From NCBI RefSeq assembly GCF_006345805.1, contig NC_043018.1, positions 27,466,001 to 27,530,000 on the forward strand: DNA of 64,000 nt, in the 5' to 3' direction. The DNA comes from Octopus sinensis. Lineage: Eukaryota. The notes below the pieces were generated by a model. The model was given only the letters and a program-made list of their open reading frames with translations, made no database searches and was not told the DNA's origin. Positions 51,593-64,000 of this stretch are shown here, piece by piece. Position 1 is the stretch's first letter, and each line of letters starts with the position of its first letter. The translations under genes were made by a program, and so were the position numbers.

Positions 51593-51871
51593 ATAAATAT
51601 AATATATATATATATATATATGTATATTCACGCACACGCGGGCGCGGGAGCACACGCACACACAGGCACAGACACACATGCACGCACACACGCACGCACA
51701 CACGGACACACACACTCTCTCTTACACACACACACACATGCACACACATACTCATACACTCACACAAACATTAATATATATGAGAAAACGAAAACAAACA
51801 TGAAACTTATTACATTTCCTCGCACGCTTCCACTGGTATCTACTTCATTTGATGTAAAATTAACCACAAAA

Positions 51872-51873
51872 TA

Positions 51874-51924
<51 letters not shown>

Positions 51925-51934
51925 GTGACGATGG

Positions 51935-51965
<31 letters not shown>

Positions 51966-52501
51966 GGTGGTGGTGGTGGTGGTGATGGTGATGATGATGA
52001 TGATGATGATGACGATGATGATGGTGATGACGATCACGATGACGACGACGACGATGATGATGATGATGGTGATGATGATGTTGATGATAATGAATGTGAA
52101 TGCGGTGGTGGCGGTGGGGATGATGTAATTATAAAGTTGATTCGGAGGGGGGTAAGGAAGATGCTGATAAAAGATACTGCGATGATGAAACTGCGGCTTC
52201 TGATGATGTTAACGACGACGATGAGAACGATGATGATTATGATGATGTTGATAATGATCATCATTATCATCATGAGGATGTTGCACCTGTTGTTGTTGTT
52301 GGAGACGACGATGATGACGATGATGACGATGATGACAACCACGACGACGACAACGACGACGACGATGATGATGATCATGATGATGATTATGATGATTATG
52401 ATCTTGAAGATAATAGCAACAACCAGGGCGACATCTAAAAGAAAAATAAATACTCATAGGAAAAATTATAACAGTAGCAACAACAATTATACTACTACTA
52501 C

Positions 52502-52548
<47 letters not shown>

Positions 52549-52567
52549 ATACTACTACTAACTACTA

Positions 52568-52602
<35 letters not shown>

Positions 52603-52636
52603 ATAATAATAATAATAATAATAATTATTATTATTA
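51872..52636. repeat. (GAT)n/(GGT)n/(CTA)n/(TAA)n compound microsatellite
   Basis: Direct reading. Confidence 0.9.
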
Positions 52637-52637
52637 T

Positions 52638-53170
52638 TGTGTGAGAGAGCAGTTCATGCCATCAAAGTGACACTGGGATAAAATATACGAAGCCCAAAAT
52701 ACCCATCATGACTACCCGTCTGATAAAGGTACACCAGGCACATGCATCACAACCATATGTGCGCGACATGGTGATCTCATATCAAGATAAACAGCGCATG
52801 ACCTTGCAGGTGGGGCCCAGTTAGAATTTTCTTCTGGTTGGGTAGCCCATCCCACTCAAAAGGTCCCTCATTAAGGGTTGTTTAAGGATGTTGAACGAAG
52901 CACCCATGTTTCCAGAGGTGAATTATTCAAACCCCAAAGAATCCCTCTCAACACATGGCTATGATGCTCCCCCACTACTTCTGCTCGTGATCAGAGATGC
53001 ACATATCGTCAGCCACTAAGGGACATGCTCAACTGGTTAAGGTCAAACAACTGACAAGCAAATCTGTGGTATTGAGCAGAATATTTGCTGTAGCCCATCT
53101 TTTATACCAAGACAAAACAATGTACATGATAACACTTTCAATCAGTTAAGATCAGAAGCCATGAGAGCCA
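52638..53170 (-). mobile_element. ~540 bp non-coding element bounded by (TAA)n
   Basis: Reverse complement of 55110-55647. Confidence 0.85.
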
Positions 53171-53224
53171 ATTATTATTATTATTATTATATTATTATTG
53201 TTGTTGTTATTATTATTATTATTA

Positions 53225-53840
53225 TAACTGGCACACTTTGTGGCAGAATGCCCCAAGTTGGCACAGGAAGAATATAAGAAATGGAAGCATGACCAGGTTG
53301 TAAATGTTATACAGTGGAAAATGTGCCAGAAATGGGAATTTGAAGCTAGAAACACCTGATACAATCCTCGAGTCGAAAGAGTACTGGAATCGGAGAAATG
53401 TAAGATTTTGTTGGAGTTTCCAATTCAAACGGACAAGAAATTAGAAAACAACGGACCAGATATAACGATTGTAGATAGGGAAAAGCGAAGCTGCTTACTT
53501 ATCGATCCATCATGCTTATTTTGATTCCAGGATCGTAAAGAAAGAAGAAAAAAAAAACAGTCCCTTTAAGATTGAAATAGGAAGATTTCGGAGTGTGCGG
53601 ACAGTAAATGTCGTGCCTATAGTAATTAGTGCACTGAGAATATAGACAAATAGCCGAAGGAGATTGAAATAAAATGCATTGGTAGAGCTCCTACGGAAAG
53701 TTTATCTCTTAGGGACAGCAAGGATTATCAAGAGGGTCTTAAGCACTTGAAAGCCTGCCGAAAGCTTGTAGATACCTAAGGTTACAGGTAGTAACCCGCT
53801 ATGCATATGATTCCTACTAGGAATAAGACCCAACCTGAGC
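53225..53840 (+). pseudogene. R4/Dong-type LINE 3' fragment (restriction-like endonuclease)
   Basis: HFVAECPKLAQEEYKKWKHDQV...KILLEFPIQTDKKLENNGPDITIVD...LLIDPS; ends in (TAA)n. Confidence 0.85.
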
Positions 53841-53869
53841 TAGAAGAGGAGATAATAATAATAATAATG

Positions 53870-53925
<56 letters not shown>

Positions 53926-53926
<1 letters not shown>

Positions 53927-54335
53927 GGCGCAGGAGTGGCTGTGTGGTAAGTAGCTTGCTAACCAGCCACATGGTTCCGGGTTCAGTCCCACTGCGTGGC
54001 ATCTTGCGCAAGTGTCTTCTGCTATAGCCCCGGGCCGACCAATGCCTTGTGAGTGGATTTGGTAGACGGAAACTGAAAGAAGCCTGTCGTATATATGTAT
54101 ATATATATGTGTGTGTATGTATGTGTGTGTGTTTGTGTTCGTCCCCCTAGCATTGCTTGACAACCGAGCTGGTGTGTTTAACGTCCCCGTTCACTTAGCG
54201 GTTCGGCAAAAGAGACCGATAGAATAAGTACTGGGCTTACAAAAAAGAATAAGTCCCGGGGTCGATTTGCTCGACTAAATGCGGTGCTCTAGCATGGCCG
54301 CAGCAAATGACTGAAACAAGTAAAAGTAAAAGAGT
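53926..54335 (+). mobile_element. SINE family 1, full length
   Basis: Matches the family consensus. Confidence 0.85.
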
Positions 54336-54420
54336 AATATAATAATAATAATAATAATATAATAATAATAATATAATAATAATAATAATAATAATAATAT
54401 AATAATATAATAATAATAAT

Positions 54421-55030
54421 AGCTGCCCAGTCCTGGCTAAGAAGGAATATATTCACAGACATGACAGAGTTGGAACCTACATACATTGGAAGCTATGCCA
54501 ACATTATGGAATAACAACAGAAAAAAGATGGTATAGGCACACACCCGAAAAGGTCACAGAAAACGAGAAAGCAACCATACTCTGGGATATTCCGATACAC
54601 ACAGATAGAGAAATTAAGGCCAACAGACCAGATATAGTTGTCAGAGATCATGGAAAAAAAAATTGCTTTCTAATTGATGTATCAATACCAGCAGATGACA
54701 ACGTGTCTCTAAAAGAAATGGAGAACTCTCAAAATACAAAGACCTGGAAAGAGAGGTAACTAGAATGTGGAACCTGAAAACAGAACAATTCCTATCATAG
54801 TAGGTGCATTAGGCATGATAAAAAAATATTCAGACAAATACATAACAAAAACACCAGGACTTACAAACACATATAACATACAGAAAATTGCACTACTAGG
54901 CACTGCACACCTACGCAGAACACTTCCATACAATAACCATCAGAGCATCACAACAAATCACAGCACATACCCAAGGCACACAGAGCTGCGCTCGGTAGTG
55001 AAGTGAAAGCACGCTATAAAAATAAAACTA

Positions 55031-55035
<5 letters not shown>
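54421..55035 (+). pseudogene. R4/Dong-type LINE 3' fragment (restriction-like endonuclease)
   Basis: SCPVLAKKEYIHRHDRVGTYIHWKLC...ILWDIPIHTDREIKANRPDIVV...LIDVSIP...IQKIALLGTAH; (TAA)n on both sides. Confidence 0.9.
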
Positions 55036-55109
<74 letters not shown>

Positions 55110-55646
55110 GGCAGAGGCTCTCATGGCTTCTCATCTTAACTGATTGGAAGTGTTATCATGTACATTGTTCTGTCTTGGTATAAAAGATGGGCTACAGCAA
55201 ATATTCTGCTCATACCACAGATTTGCTTGTCAGTTGTTTGACCTTAACCAGTTGAGCATGTCCCTTAGTGGCTGACGATATGTTTCATCTCTGATCACGA
55301 GCAGAAGTAGTGGGGGAGCATCATAGCCATGTGTTGAGAGGGATTCTTTGGGGTTTGAATAATTCACCTCTGGAGACATGGGTGGGTTTTTCAACATCCT
55401 TAAACCACCCTTATTCAGGGACCGTTTGAGCGGGATGGGCTACTCAACCTGAAGAAAATTCTAACTGGGCCCCACCTGCAAAGTCATGTGCAGTTTATCT
55501 TGATATGAGATCACCATGCCGCGCACATATGGTTGTGATGCATGTGCCTGGTGTGCCCTTATCAGACGGGTAGTCATGATGGGTATATTGGGCTTCGTAT
55601 ATTTTACCCCAGTGTCACTTTGATGGCATGCTCTGCTCGCTCACTC

Positions 55647-55647
<1 letters not shown>
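55110..55647 (+). mobile_element. ~540 bp non-coding element ending in (TAA)n
   Basis: Near-identical to 55687-56144 and to the reverse complement of 52638-53170. Confidence 0.85.
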
Positions 55648-55686
<39 letters not shown>

Positions 55687-55689
<3 letters not shown>

Positions 55690-56144
55690 GATGGGCTACA
55701 GCAAATATTCTGCTCAATACCACAGATTTGCTTGTCAGACCATAACCAGTTGAGCATGTCCCTTAGTGGCTGACGATATGTGCATCTCTGATCACGAGCA
55801 GAAGTAGTGGGGGAGCATCATAGCCATGTGTTGAGAGGGATTCTTTGGGGTTTGAATGATTCACCTCTGGAAACATGGGTGTTTCATTCAACATCCTTAA
55901 ACAACCCTTAATCAGGGACCTTTTGAGTGGGATGGGCTACCCAACCAGAAGAAAATTCTAACTGGGCCCCACCCGCAAGGTCATGCGCTGTTTATCTTGA
56001 TATGAGATCACCATGTCGCGCATATATGGTTTTGATGCATGTGCCTGGTGTACCCTTATCAGACGGGTAGTCATGATGGGTATACTGGGCTTCGTATATT
56101 TGTACCCCAGTGTCACTTTGATGGCATGCACTGCTCTCTCACTC
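55687..56144 (+). mobile_element. 5'-truncated copy of the (TAA)n-associated element
   Basis: Starts at aaagatgggctacagc; ends ctcactc(aat)n. Confidence 0.85.
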
Positions 56145-56166
56145 AATAATAATAATAATAATAATA

Positions 56167-56245
<79 letters not shown>

Positions 56246-56633
56246 TAGTAGCGGAACCCGTGAATATTTTACGAAATTAATGTTGGGTTATTTCTGAAAA
56301 CTTTATCCCCCAAACCCGAAAGCATTGCATGTGTTGTATCTGTATCGAAAGATCGATAGTCACTGATCATCGAAAAGTGAAAGAAATCGGAATACGATGA
56401 CTACCTAATGCACTTGTCATGCACAATGTTACAGACTTCTTACAAAACATTCATAAAAGAAATATTCACTCTTATTTTTCTATTTTCTCCATAAACAAAC
56501 AAAAAATGTATCTCGTGCATATGATACAACCTTTAGTTAAATTGCATACATCTTCCACGTAAAGAAGCGTGAATATTTCACGGAATTGCACTAAGGCGCA
56601 TGCGTTAGGTGAAAGGTCATATAAAAAAAGCTA

Positions 56634-57909
56634 CGAGGGACGTTCAATAAGTAATGCCTCTGACACACTTGCAGTTGTTTGATCTAGCTGAATTGCATGT
56701 GCAATTATTCATATCTCTATAGATTAAGTGACAAATTACAGCTCTGAGCTAATTGTGGTTTCTGATTTACAGGTGTTTGAACTGAGTCAAGTGTGAAATG
56801 GAGCCTGTTGAGTGTCGAGCAGTGATCCGGTTTTTGTATTTGAAAGGACGCACACCACCGGAGACTTTTGATGAAATGAAAGTAACTTATGGTGATGATG
56901 CCCCATCATATGACCTTGTAAAACACTGGCATCAGGAATTCAAACATGGTCGGAACTCCCAGATCTGGTCACCCCCTTCTGCCATTGATGAGGCATCTGT
57001 CCGTCAAGTTGAGGCTGCCATTTTGGAAGATCGATGCATAACTATTCGCCAAATAGCCCATGAGGTCAAGATTAGTACCGGGTCTGTGGAAACTATCATT
57101 CATGACCATTTGCATATGCAAAAGGTGTCTGCCAGATGGATTCCCAGGTTGCTCACACCTTTCCAGAAGCAAGAACGCGTCGAGTGCTCGAGGATGAATT
57201 TGGAGATGTGCCAAGAAGATGAGTCAAAATTTTTCAAAAGACTGATTACACAGGATGAAACCTGGGTCCATCACAATGATTCAGAGACCAAAGCCCAGTC
57301 AATGCAGGGGAAGCACCGTGACTCACCTCTTCCAAAGAAGGCAAGGGTGCAGCCCTCCGCTGGCAAGGTCATGCTCACAGTCTTCTGGGACCAGGACGGA
57401 GTAGTGATGACAGATTTCCTGTCAAAGGGTACCACAATTGCAGGAGCCTATTATGCTTCACTTTTGAGGAAATTAAGAGAAGCTATCAAAATCAAGAGGT
57501 GGGGCAAGATCAGCAAAGGCATCCTCCTCCTGCAGGACAACGCTCCGGTCCACAACTCGCGTGTCGCCAGATCAGAAGCACAGGCGTGCTGCTATGAACT
57601 CCTCCCCCATCCCCCCCTACGCTCCTGACCTTGCACCCTCTGATTTTCATCTCTTCCCAGCCATGAAGTTGTTTTTGAAAGGAAAGCATTTCACAGATGA
57701 TGCAGCCTTGATTTCTGAAGTCACGTCGTGGTTGGAGGACCAAGCTGGGGTCTTCTACGAAAACGGTCTCCAGCGCTGCATCAAACGATGGTAGAAATGC
57801 GTAACTCTTGATGGTTCCTATGTAGAAAAAGACTAATAACTGTGGCAAGTTTCGTTGCTCTACTGCTATGGGAAGTGGGTCAGGGGCATTACTTATTGAA
57901 CGCCCCTCG
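56634..57909 (+). mobile_element. Mariner element, near full length, TA target duplication
   Basis: 31-bp TIRs cgagggacgttcaataagtaatgcctctgac (2 mismatches between ends); TA at 56632-33 and 57910-11. Confidence 0.95.
56798..57837 (+). pseudogene. Mariner DD34D-type transposase, disrupted
   Basis: WIPRLL, TQDETW, QDNAP, YAPDLAPSDF motifs; frameshift in the C-run at ~57610, premature TAG at ~57792, apparent short deletion after the first HTH. Confidence 0.9.
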
Positions 57910-58474
57910 TAGATTCAATTTTTTTTAAAAAATACACTTTTCACTATTCACTCACCGCCACTTCCACCGCCACCACCTCCATCTCCACCATCACCACCGT
58001 CATTATCTCCCTCCCTCTCCCTCTCCCCTTCTTTTTGTTTTCTCTCTCTCTAGCCCTCCACTCTCTCTCCTCTCTCTCCCCTCTCCCTCTCTGCCTCTTA
58101 ACCTCACCATCAGAACATCTCCCCTCTGCTAAGATCATATTTTTAATTATCCTCCTCTTCCTTCAACTAACTTTTTTATTCACGTAATATTACGTTCCCA
58201 CTACCTCACGTCATGGACGCTTGTCTTTCCTTCTTTCTTTCTCTTTCTTTCTCCCTCTTTCTCTCTCACTGTCCACCATATCCTCTTTTCCTTTCCTTTC
58301 TCTTCTATTACCTTTCAACTAATCACGGGAATGCGTTACAATTATATACGCTTCTTGCTCCTTTTCCTACCTCCCCCTCTTTATTTTTTCTCTCTCTTTT
58401 TTCTTTCTCCCTCTTTTTCTCTAATCAAATGAAACCGTTACCGACGGGCTAAGTAACACTATGACAAGCAAAAT

Positions 58475-58740
58475 TATTATAAGATGTCACTGGCACTTGA
58501 ACTACGAACGTAAAGACGGACGAAGCGCTGCAAAGCATTTTGCCCCAGCAGGCTAACTATTCTACCAGCTATCCGCTTTGGTAGTACTTTCAAATTTTGG
58601 TACAAAGCCAGCAAATTCGGCCCCAGGTTTAAACTAGTGCTTATTTTATCGACTCGGATAGTGCGAAAGGCAAAGTCGAACTTCGTACAATTTGAGCTTT
58701 GAAGAAAACGGCTGATGATTTTGCCAGCGCGCCAATCTGA
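58475..58740 (-). mobile_element. Two diverged SINE family 3 copies
   Basis: Reverse complement head gatt/ggcgcgctggcaaaatcatcagc and core fragments. Confidence 0.55.
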
Positions 58741-58774
58741 TAATGATAATAATAACGAGAACATAATGATGATG

Positions 58775-58860
<86 letters not shown>

Positions 58861-58944
58861 ACTCTATAATCAAATGTTAACATATCTAATACTTATGTAA
58901 GTTTGTTTTTAATGTACCTAACGTTTACCTGAATTATTATTAAC

Positions 58945-59690
58945 ATGTATATATGTTTGTGTGTCTGTATTTGCCCCCCCCCATCATCATCACATGACAA
59001 CCGATGTTGGTGTGTTTACGTCCCCGTAACTAAGCGGTTCGACAAAAGAGAGAGCGATAGAATAAGTACTAGGCTTACAAAGAATAAGTTCTACGGTCGA
59101 TTCGTTCGACTAAAAGTGGTGCTCCAGCATGACCGCAGTCAAATGACCAAACTAGATAAAAGAATACAAGACTACTTAATGATTACGAAAATCAGTGTTA
59201 ATATATTTAATGCTTACTTGAATTTGTGTTAAGATATTAAATGTCTAGTTAAGTAGGTTAATTTTAACATATTCTTTCTTCTTTTCTTCTTTTACTTGTT
59301 TCAGTCATTTGACAGCGGCCATGCTGGAGCACCGCATTTAGTCGAGCAAATCGACCCCGGGACTTATTCTTTGTAAGCTTAGTACTTATTCTATCGGTCT
59401 CTTTTGCCGAACCGCTAAGTGACGGGGACGTAAACACACCAGCATCGGTTGTCAAGCAATGCTAGGGGGACAAACACAGACACACAAACATATACACACG
59501 CATACATATACATATATACATATATACGACAGGCTTCTTTCAGTTTCCGTGTGCCAAATCCACTCACAAGGCATTGGTCGGCCCGAGGCTATAGCAGAAG
59601 ACACTTGCCCAAGATGCCACGCAGTGGGACTGAATCCGGAACCATGTGGTTGGTAAGCAAGCTACTTACCACACAGCCACTCCTGCGCCT
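58945..59690. mobile_element. SINE family 1: 3' half on + (58945-59165) and a full copy on - (59280-59690)
   Basis: Match to the family consensus. Confidence 0.8.
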
Positions 59691-60281
59691 ATGTGACGCT
59701 TTTAAAACTTTAAAGAAAAGTAATGATAAGGAGAAAAAAAGTAATATACAATGATTAATGTAATGCTAAATATATTTGCAATGCAGGTATATTTAGGTTT
59801 TATTTTAATATCGTCATCAAAATATAGATTCGTCGTCAGAGAGAAAAATAGTTGATAAACACTGAAGAGGTGGTGTTACAAGATTACAATATATAATGTT
59901 TCAGGAAGTAATTATGTAATCCTGTCAGTAATTTACCGAAACACATGTGTGTTTTATAAAGCATAAAGGAAATATGGATAAGATAATCTTACATATATAT
60001 ACATACGTGTGTGTGTGTGCGTGTGTATGTGTGTGTGTGTGTGTGTTTGTGTTTGTGTGTAGATGTGTATACATATGTGACTGGACGCTTTCCACTCATG
60101 ATTTCAAGTAAAATGAAATCACGTGATATGGGTGTTCTATCGCCTATGGCAAACGATTCTCGTCTGATACGATCTATGCGTGCACAAATATCGCAGGATT
60201 CGGTGTTCAAAAAATACATTCATATTAAGTTGGATATGAAATGATATTTTGCTACTAATACAGCCTTGGTGGCTTTCATTA

Positions 60282-60314
<33 letters not shown>

Positions 60315-60489
60315 ATATATATAATATATATATATATGCGTGTGTGTGTGTGTGTGTACGGTAAAAACCGCCTACTGTGGCGAATGGACGAGGGATTGCA
60401 TTTAAAACACCTAGAACATTCTTATCCGTGGCACAAATCCAGGCCAAGTTGCTTGTCACCCATTCATACTAGTCTCCTCTCACTATGTC

Positions 60490-60662
60490 GCTGACGTTCT
60501 CCAAGAGAAAGGTAATCGCAAATCATTTCTACAGCTGCGGAGACTGGACCAAAGTCAATTAAAGTGCCTTGCTCAACAACACAACGCAGCCCGTTCCGGG
60601 AATCGAACCCATGACCTCGCGATTGTAGGCTCTATGCTCTAACCACTGAGCCAGGCGCCTAC
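60490..60662 (-). mobile_element. tRNA-derived SINE family 2
   Basis: Sense head ggcgcctggctcagtggttagagcatagagcctacaatcgcgagg. Confidence 0.75.
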
Positions 60663-60665
60663 AGT

Positions 60666-60729
<64 letters not shown>

Positions 60730-60731
60730 TA

Positions 60732-60775
<44 letters not shown>

Positions 60776-60787
60776 ATATATATATTA

Positions 60788-60825
<38 letters not shown>

Positions 60826-61102
60826 CATATATATACATATATATACTATATATATAATATATATATATATATATACATATATATATCTACACACACACAC
60901 ACACACAGATATATGTATATATATATCTATATCTATCTATCTACACATATATATATATACATATACATACACACACACAGATATATGTATATATATGTGT
61001 ATATATATATATATATGTATGTGTATCAAAATGTGACCTCGTGTGTACCGTTGGCGATTTTTTTGCTCTGTCTTCCCTTCTCTAGATCTTTCCTTCTCCT
61101 AT

Positions 61103-61137
61103 GTTTCCGACGAAGAGCTCCGCTCGAAACGTTAAAC
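61103..61137 (+). ncRNA. Minimal hammerhead with CCGACGA core variant
   Basis: gttt CCGACGA a gagc-tcc-gctc GAAA cg TT aaac, in a ~230 bp insert between (TA)n tracts. Confidence 0.65.
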
Positions 61138-61251
61138 CCTCCTTATTTCCTTCTTTCCTGAGCGTCCAATAATACTATATTTGTTCCACGTCCTCGCATT
61201 GTTGTGTTTTTTCGTGTTGTTTTGTTTGGATTAACTTTATATATATATATT

Positions 61252-61490
61252 GGCACGTGGCTTAGTGGTTAGGATGTTGGACTCATGATCGTAATATTGG
61301 GGTTTCGATTCTTGGACCGGCCGGTATGTTGTGTTCCTGGGCAAAATCATTTCACGTTGCTCCAGTAAACACAGCTAACAAAAATGAGTAACCCTGCGTC
61401 CGAATAGCGTCCCGTCCAGGCGGGGAATTTACATGCCATGGGAACCAGAAACTGTCCCTATGAAGCTATATGATTCGGAATTAACTTTAC
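61252..61490 (+). mobile_element. tRNA-derived SINE family 2
   Basis: Head gtggcttagtggttaggatgttggactcatgatcg. Confidence 0.75.
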
Positions 61491-61499
61491 TTTACTAGT

Positions 61500-61561
<62 letters not shown>

Positions 61562-62306
61562 CCTGTGTAGAATCTATGATGACTATTCTGTGAACAAAAA
61601 ATATAGATTATAATACCTATATTGCTAACCTAGCGGGACTCATGAATATTTCACGGAATTAATGGCAAATTTCTGAAAACTTTCTCCGAAAAGCATTATC
61701 AAAAGAACCCCAAAGCCAGTGTTGTGTCCGTATGAAAAGTTAGTTAATTTTTTTGGCTCAAAAAGCAAAAAGCAAGGCCATGTAGGGGGACATGGACTTA
61801 TGTACAGGGTGGTGTTCATGTAAAAAGTTCAGGCCACTTGTGATCAAGGGAGACTTTGAACCGAGCGGTCGTCGGCATCTTCACTATCTCGTCCGGCAGC
61901 TTATTCCACGGATCCGCAACCCGGACGGAGAAAGCTCCTCTCCTTCGATTCAGATGAAATCGTCGCAGATAGTCACCCATCTGCTAAACATTGAAGCGTG
62001 AAGGAAATTGGAATGCGATGATTACTTAGCATATTTCTGTTGAGATGCTGTGATTTCTTTCAATTAATTTTAAGTATTAAACAAAGAATTTTGTAAAATA
62101 ACTTAGTTATCATTAAGCTAGTATTAGGAGCATACATCTGTGACTAAGGTTTGGTGGAAGATTTTAATTCAAAACTTATGAAAACAAGACATTTGTACTG
62201 CAGAGCCACGGGAGTTGGTATCGAAAGCGTTAATGCACTTTATATATACACTTTATATACACAATTTTATAGACTTAATGCACAATTTTATAGACTTAAT
62301 ACACAA

Positions 62307-62342
<36 letters not shown>

Positions 62343-62891
62343 CTTTGCCTTACCTTCTTCTCTCTCTTTCTCTCTCTTTTCTTTCTCCTCCTTTTTCTCT
62401 CGCTCTTCATCTTTCTCTTCAACTAATCACGTGAAAGCGTTAGGTAACAGAGGAAAAAACTATACATTTATGCATTTCACTCACCACCACCTCCCCACCT
62501 CCCCGCCTCCCGCTCTCCTTCTCGGCCCCTTCAGCTAATCACGTGAATGCGCTACGGACGGGCTAAGTAACGGAGAAAGAAGCAGAATTTTTATACAATT
62601 CAAGTAGAATATGTAATAAAGTAAGGCAAACACTTTATGGAATTGGTGTGTGAGGTTAGTCTGAGTTTCCAGCTCAATTACGGTATTAATTAAGCACTCT
62701 ACAGAGTAATCACTTGATTAATGTAAGGTATTATATTTCAAATATATACATATGTTCTGTTCTTTGTATACTGAGGTGTAACTGATGTGAGTCGCTAAGA
62801 TTTTATAGAAAAAAGAATCAAAGCATAGAATTTAAAACGGAGGATAAATGTAAAGAAAAAATAGGAAGCAAAAACAAAAAATGAATAAACA

Positions 62892-63300
62892 AGGCGTAGG
62901 AGTGGCTGTGTGGTAAGTAGCTTGCTTACAAACCACATGGTTCCGGGTTCAATCCCACTGCGTGGCACCTTGGGCAAGTGTCTTCTACTATAGCCTCGGG
63001 CCTACCAAAGCATTGTAAGTGGATTTGGTAGTCGGAAACTGAAAGAAGCCCGTCGTATATATGCATATATGTATGTGTGTGTATGTTTGTGTTTCTCACC
63101 CACAACATCGCTTGACAACCGATGCTGGTGTGTTTACGTCCCCGTAACTTAGCGGTTCGGCAAAAGATCCCGATAGAATAAGTACTAGGCTTACAAAGAA
63201 TAAGTCCTGGGGTCGATTTGCTCAACTAAATGCGGTGCTCCAGCATCGCCACAGTCACATGACTGAAACAAGTAAAAGAGTAAAAGCGTAAGAGTAAATG
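62892..63300 (+). mobile_element. SINE family 1, full length
   Basis: Matches the family consensus. Confidence 0.85.
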
Positions 63301-63504
63301 AATAAATAAATAAACAAATAAATGGGAGAAAATATCTTCGAGGTTACAATTAGAAGAATGAGAACGAAAATTTACTTGAGTTATTGGATATTTTGCGATC
63401 TGAAAATAAAGTGCGAATATGAATATTTCTGTGAATACCCGTGGTACATGGAATCAATCATCGCTTACATTGGATGATAACAAATGAAAAAACTATGTAT
63501 GAGA

Positions 63505-63710
63505 GTAAGGCGGTGATCTGGTAGAATCGTTAGCACACCTGGCAAAATGCTTAGAGATTTGAGTTCAAATTCCGCCGAGGTCGAATTTACCTTTGGCCAT
63601 TTCAGGGCCGATAAAATTAATTACCATTTGAGTATTAGGGTTGATGTAATCAACTTCCCCCACACCACTCCGGACGTTGCTGACCTTAGGCCAAAATTTG
63701 AACTCAATAT
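63505..63710 (+). mobile_element. SINE family 3, diverged
   Basis: Head ggcggtgatctggtagaatcgttagcac and core ttcaaattccgccgaggtcg. Confidence 0.7.
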
Positions 63711-64000
63711 ATGCGTGAGAACGTACGAACATACGCACATTGGTATGAATGATTATACTACATGGAATCTGTACAAGAATGCATTTAATGACATCAATAG
63801 GGAGCTGGTTATAATGGGTGTTCAACTTGGCAGTTTAATGAATTCGATAAATGGGTGTTAAATTGTCGGAAGTTTTCAAAAATGTCGGATCTTGTACTTA
63901 AGAGGATAAAAAATAGCTGAAGATTTTTATTTATAAAAATGAGGTACTTCTCAGGTTTGCACATATTGCATCTTCCATGGACTCTCCTCTTGGTAAAATT

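Overview
Repeat-saturated eukaryotic DNA with very dense (TA)n, (CA)n, (ATGT)n and trinucleotide microsatellites. The tRNA-derived SINE families suggest an Octopus genome (inference from my recognition of the repeats). I find no confidently supported host gene; almost all ORFs in the supplied track are microsatellite read-through. The recognisable content is mobile DNA: a near-complete mariner (56634-57909); decayed Tc1, maT and hAT transposases; a non-autonomous Helitron; four R4/Dong-type restriction-like-endonuclease LINE 3' fragments beside (TAA)n; CR1/L2-type 3' ends; and two Penelope-like (Naiad-type) GIY-YIG remnants. The main observation is a 6.5-kb foldback element (20931-27492). Its ~2.6-kb inverted arms each carry an outward-pointing minimal hammerhead ribozyme (HHR) ~90 nt from the outer end and enclose an RT-less thumb/Zn-finger/GIY-YIG coding region. 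The same architecture (3' ends facing outward on both sides, one or both carrying an HHR, usually in (TA)n) recurs at least five more times, in about four HHR sequence families. HHR and domain calls were made by eye, not by covariance-model or HMM search. The giant inverted repeat could partly be a long-read assembly artefact.
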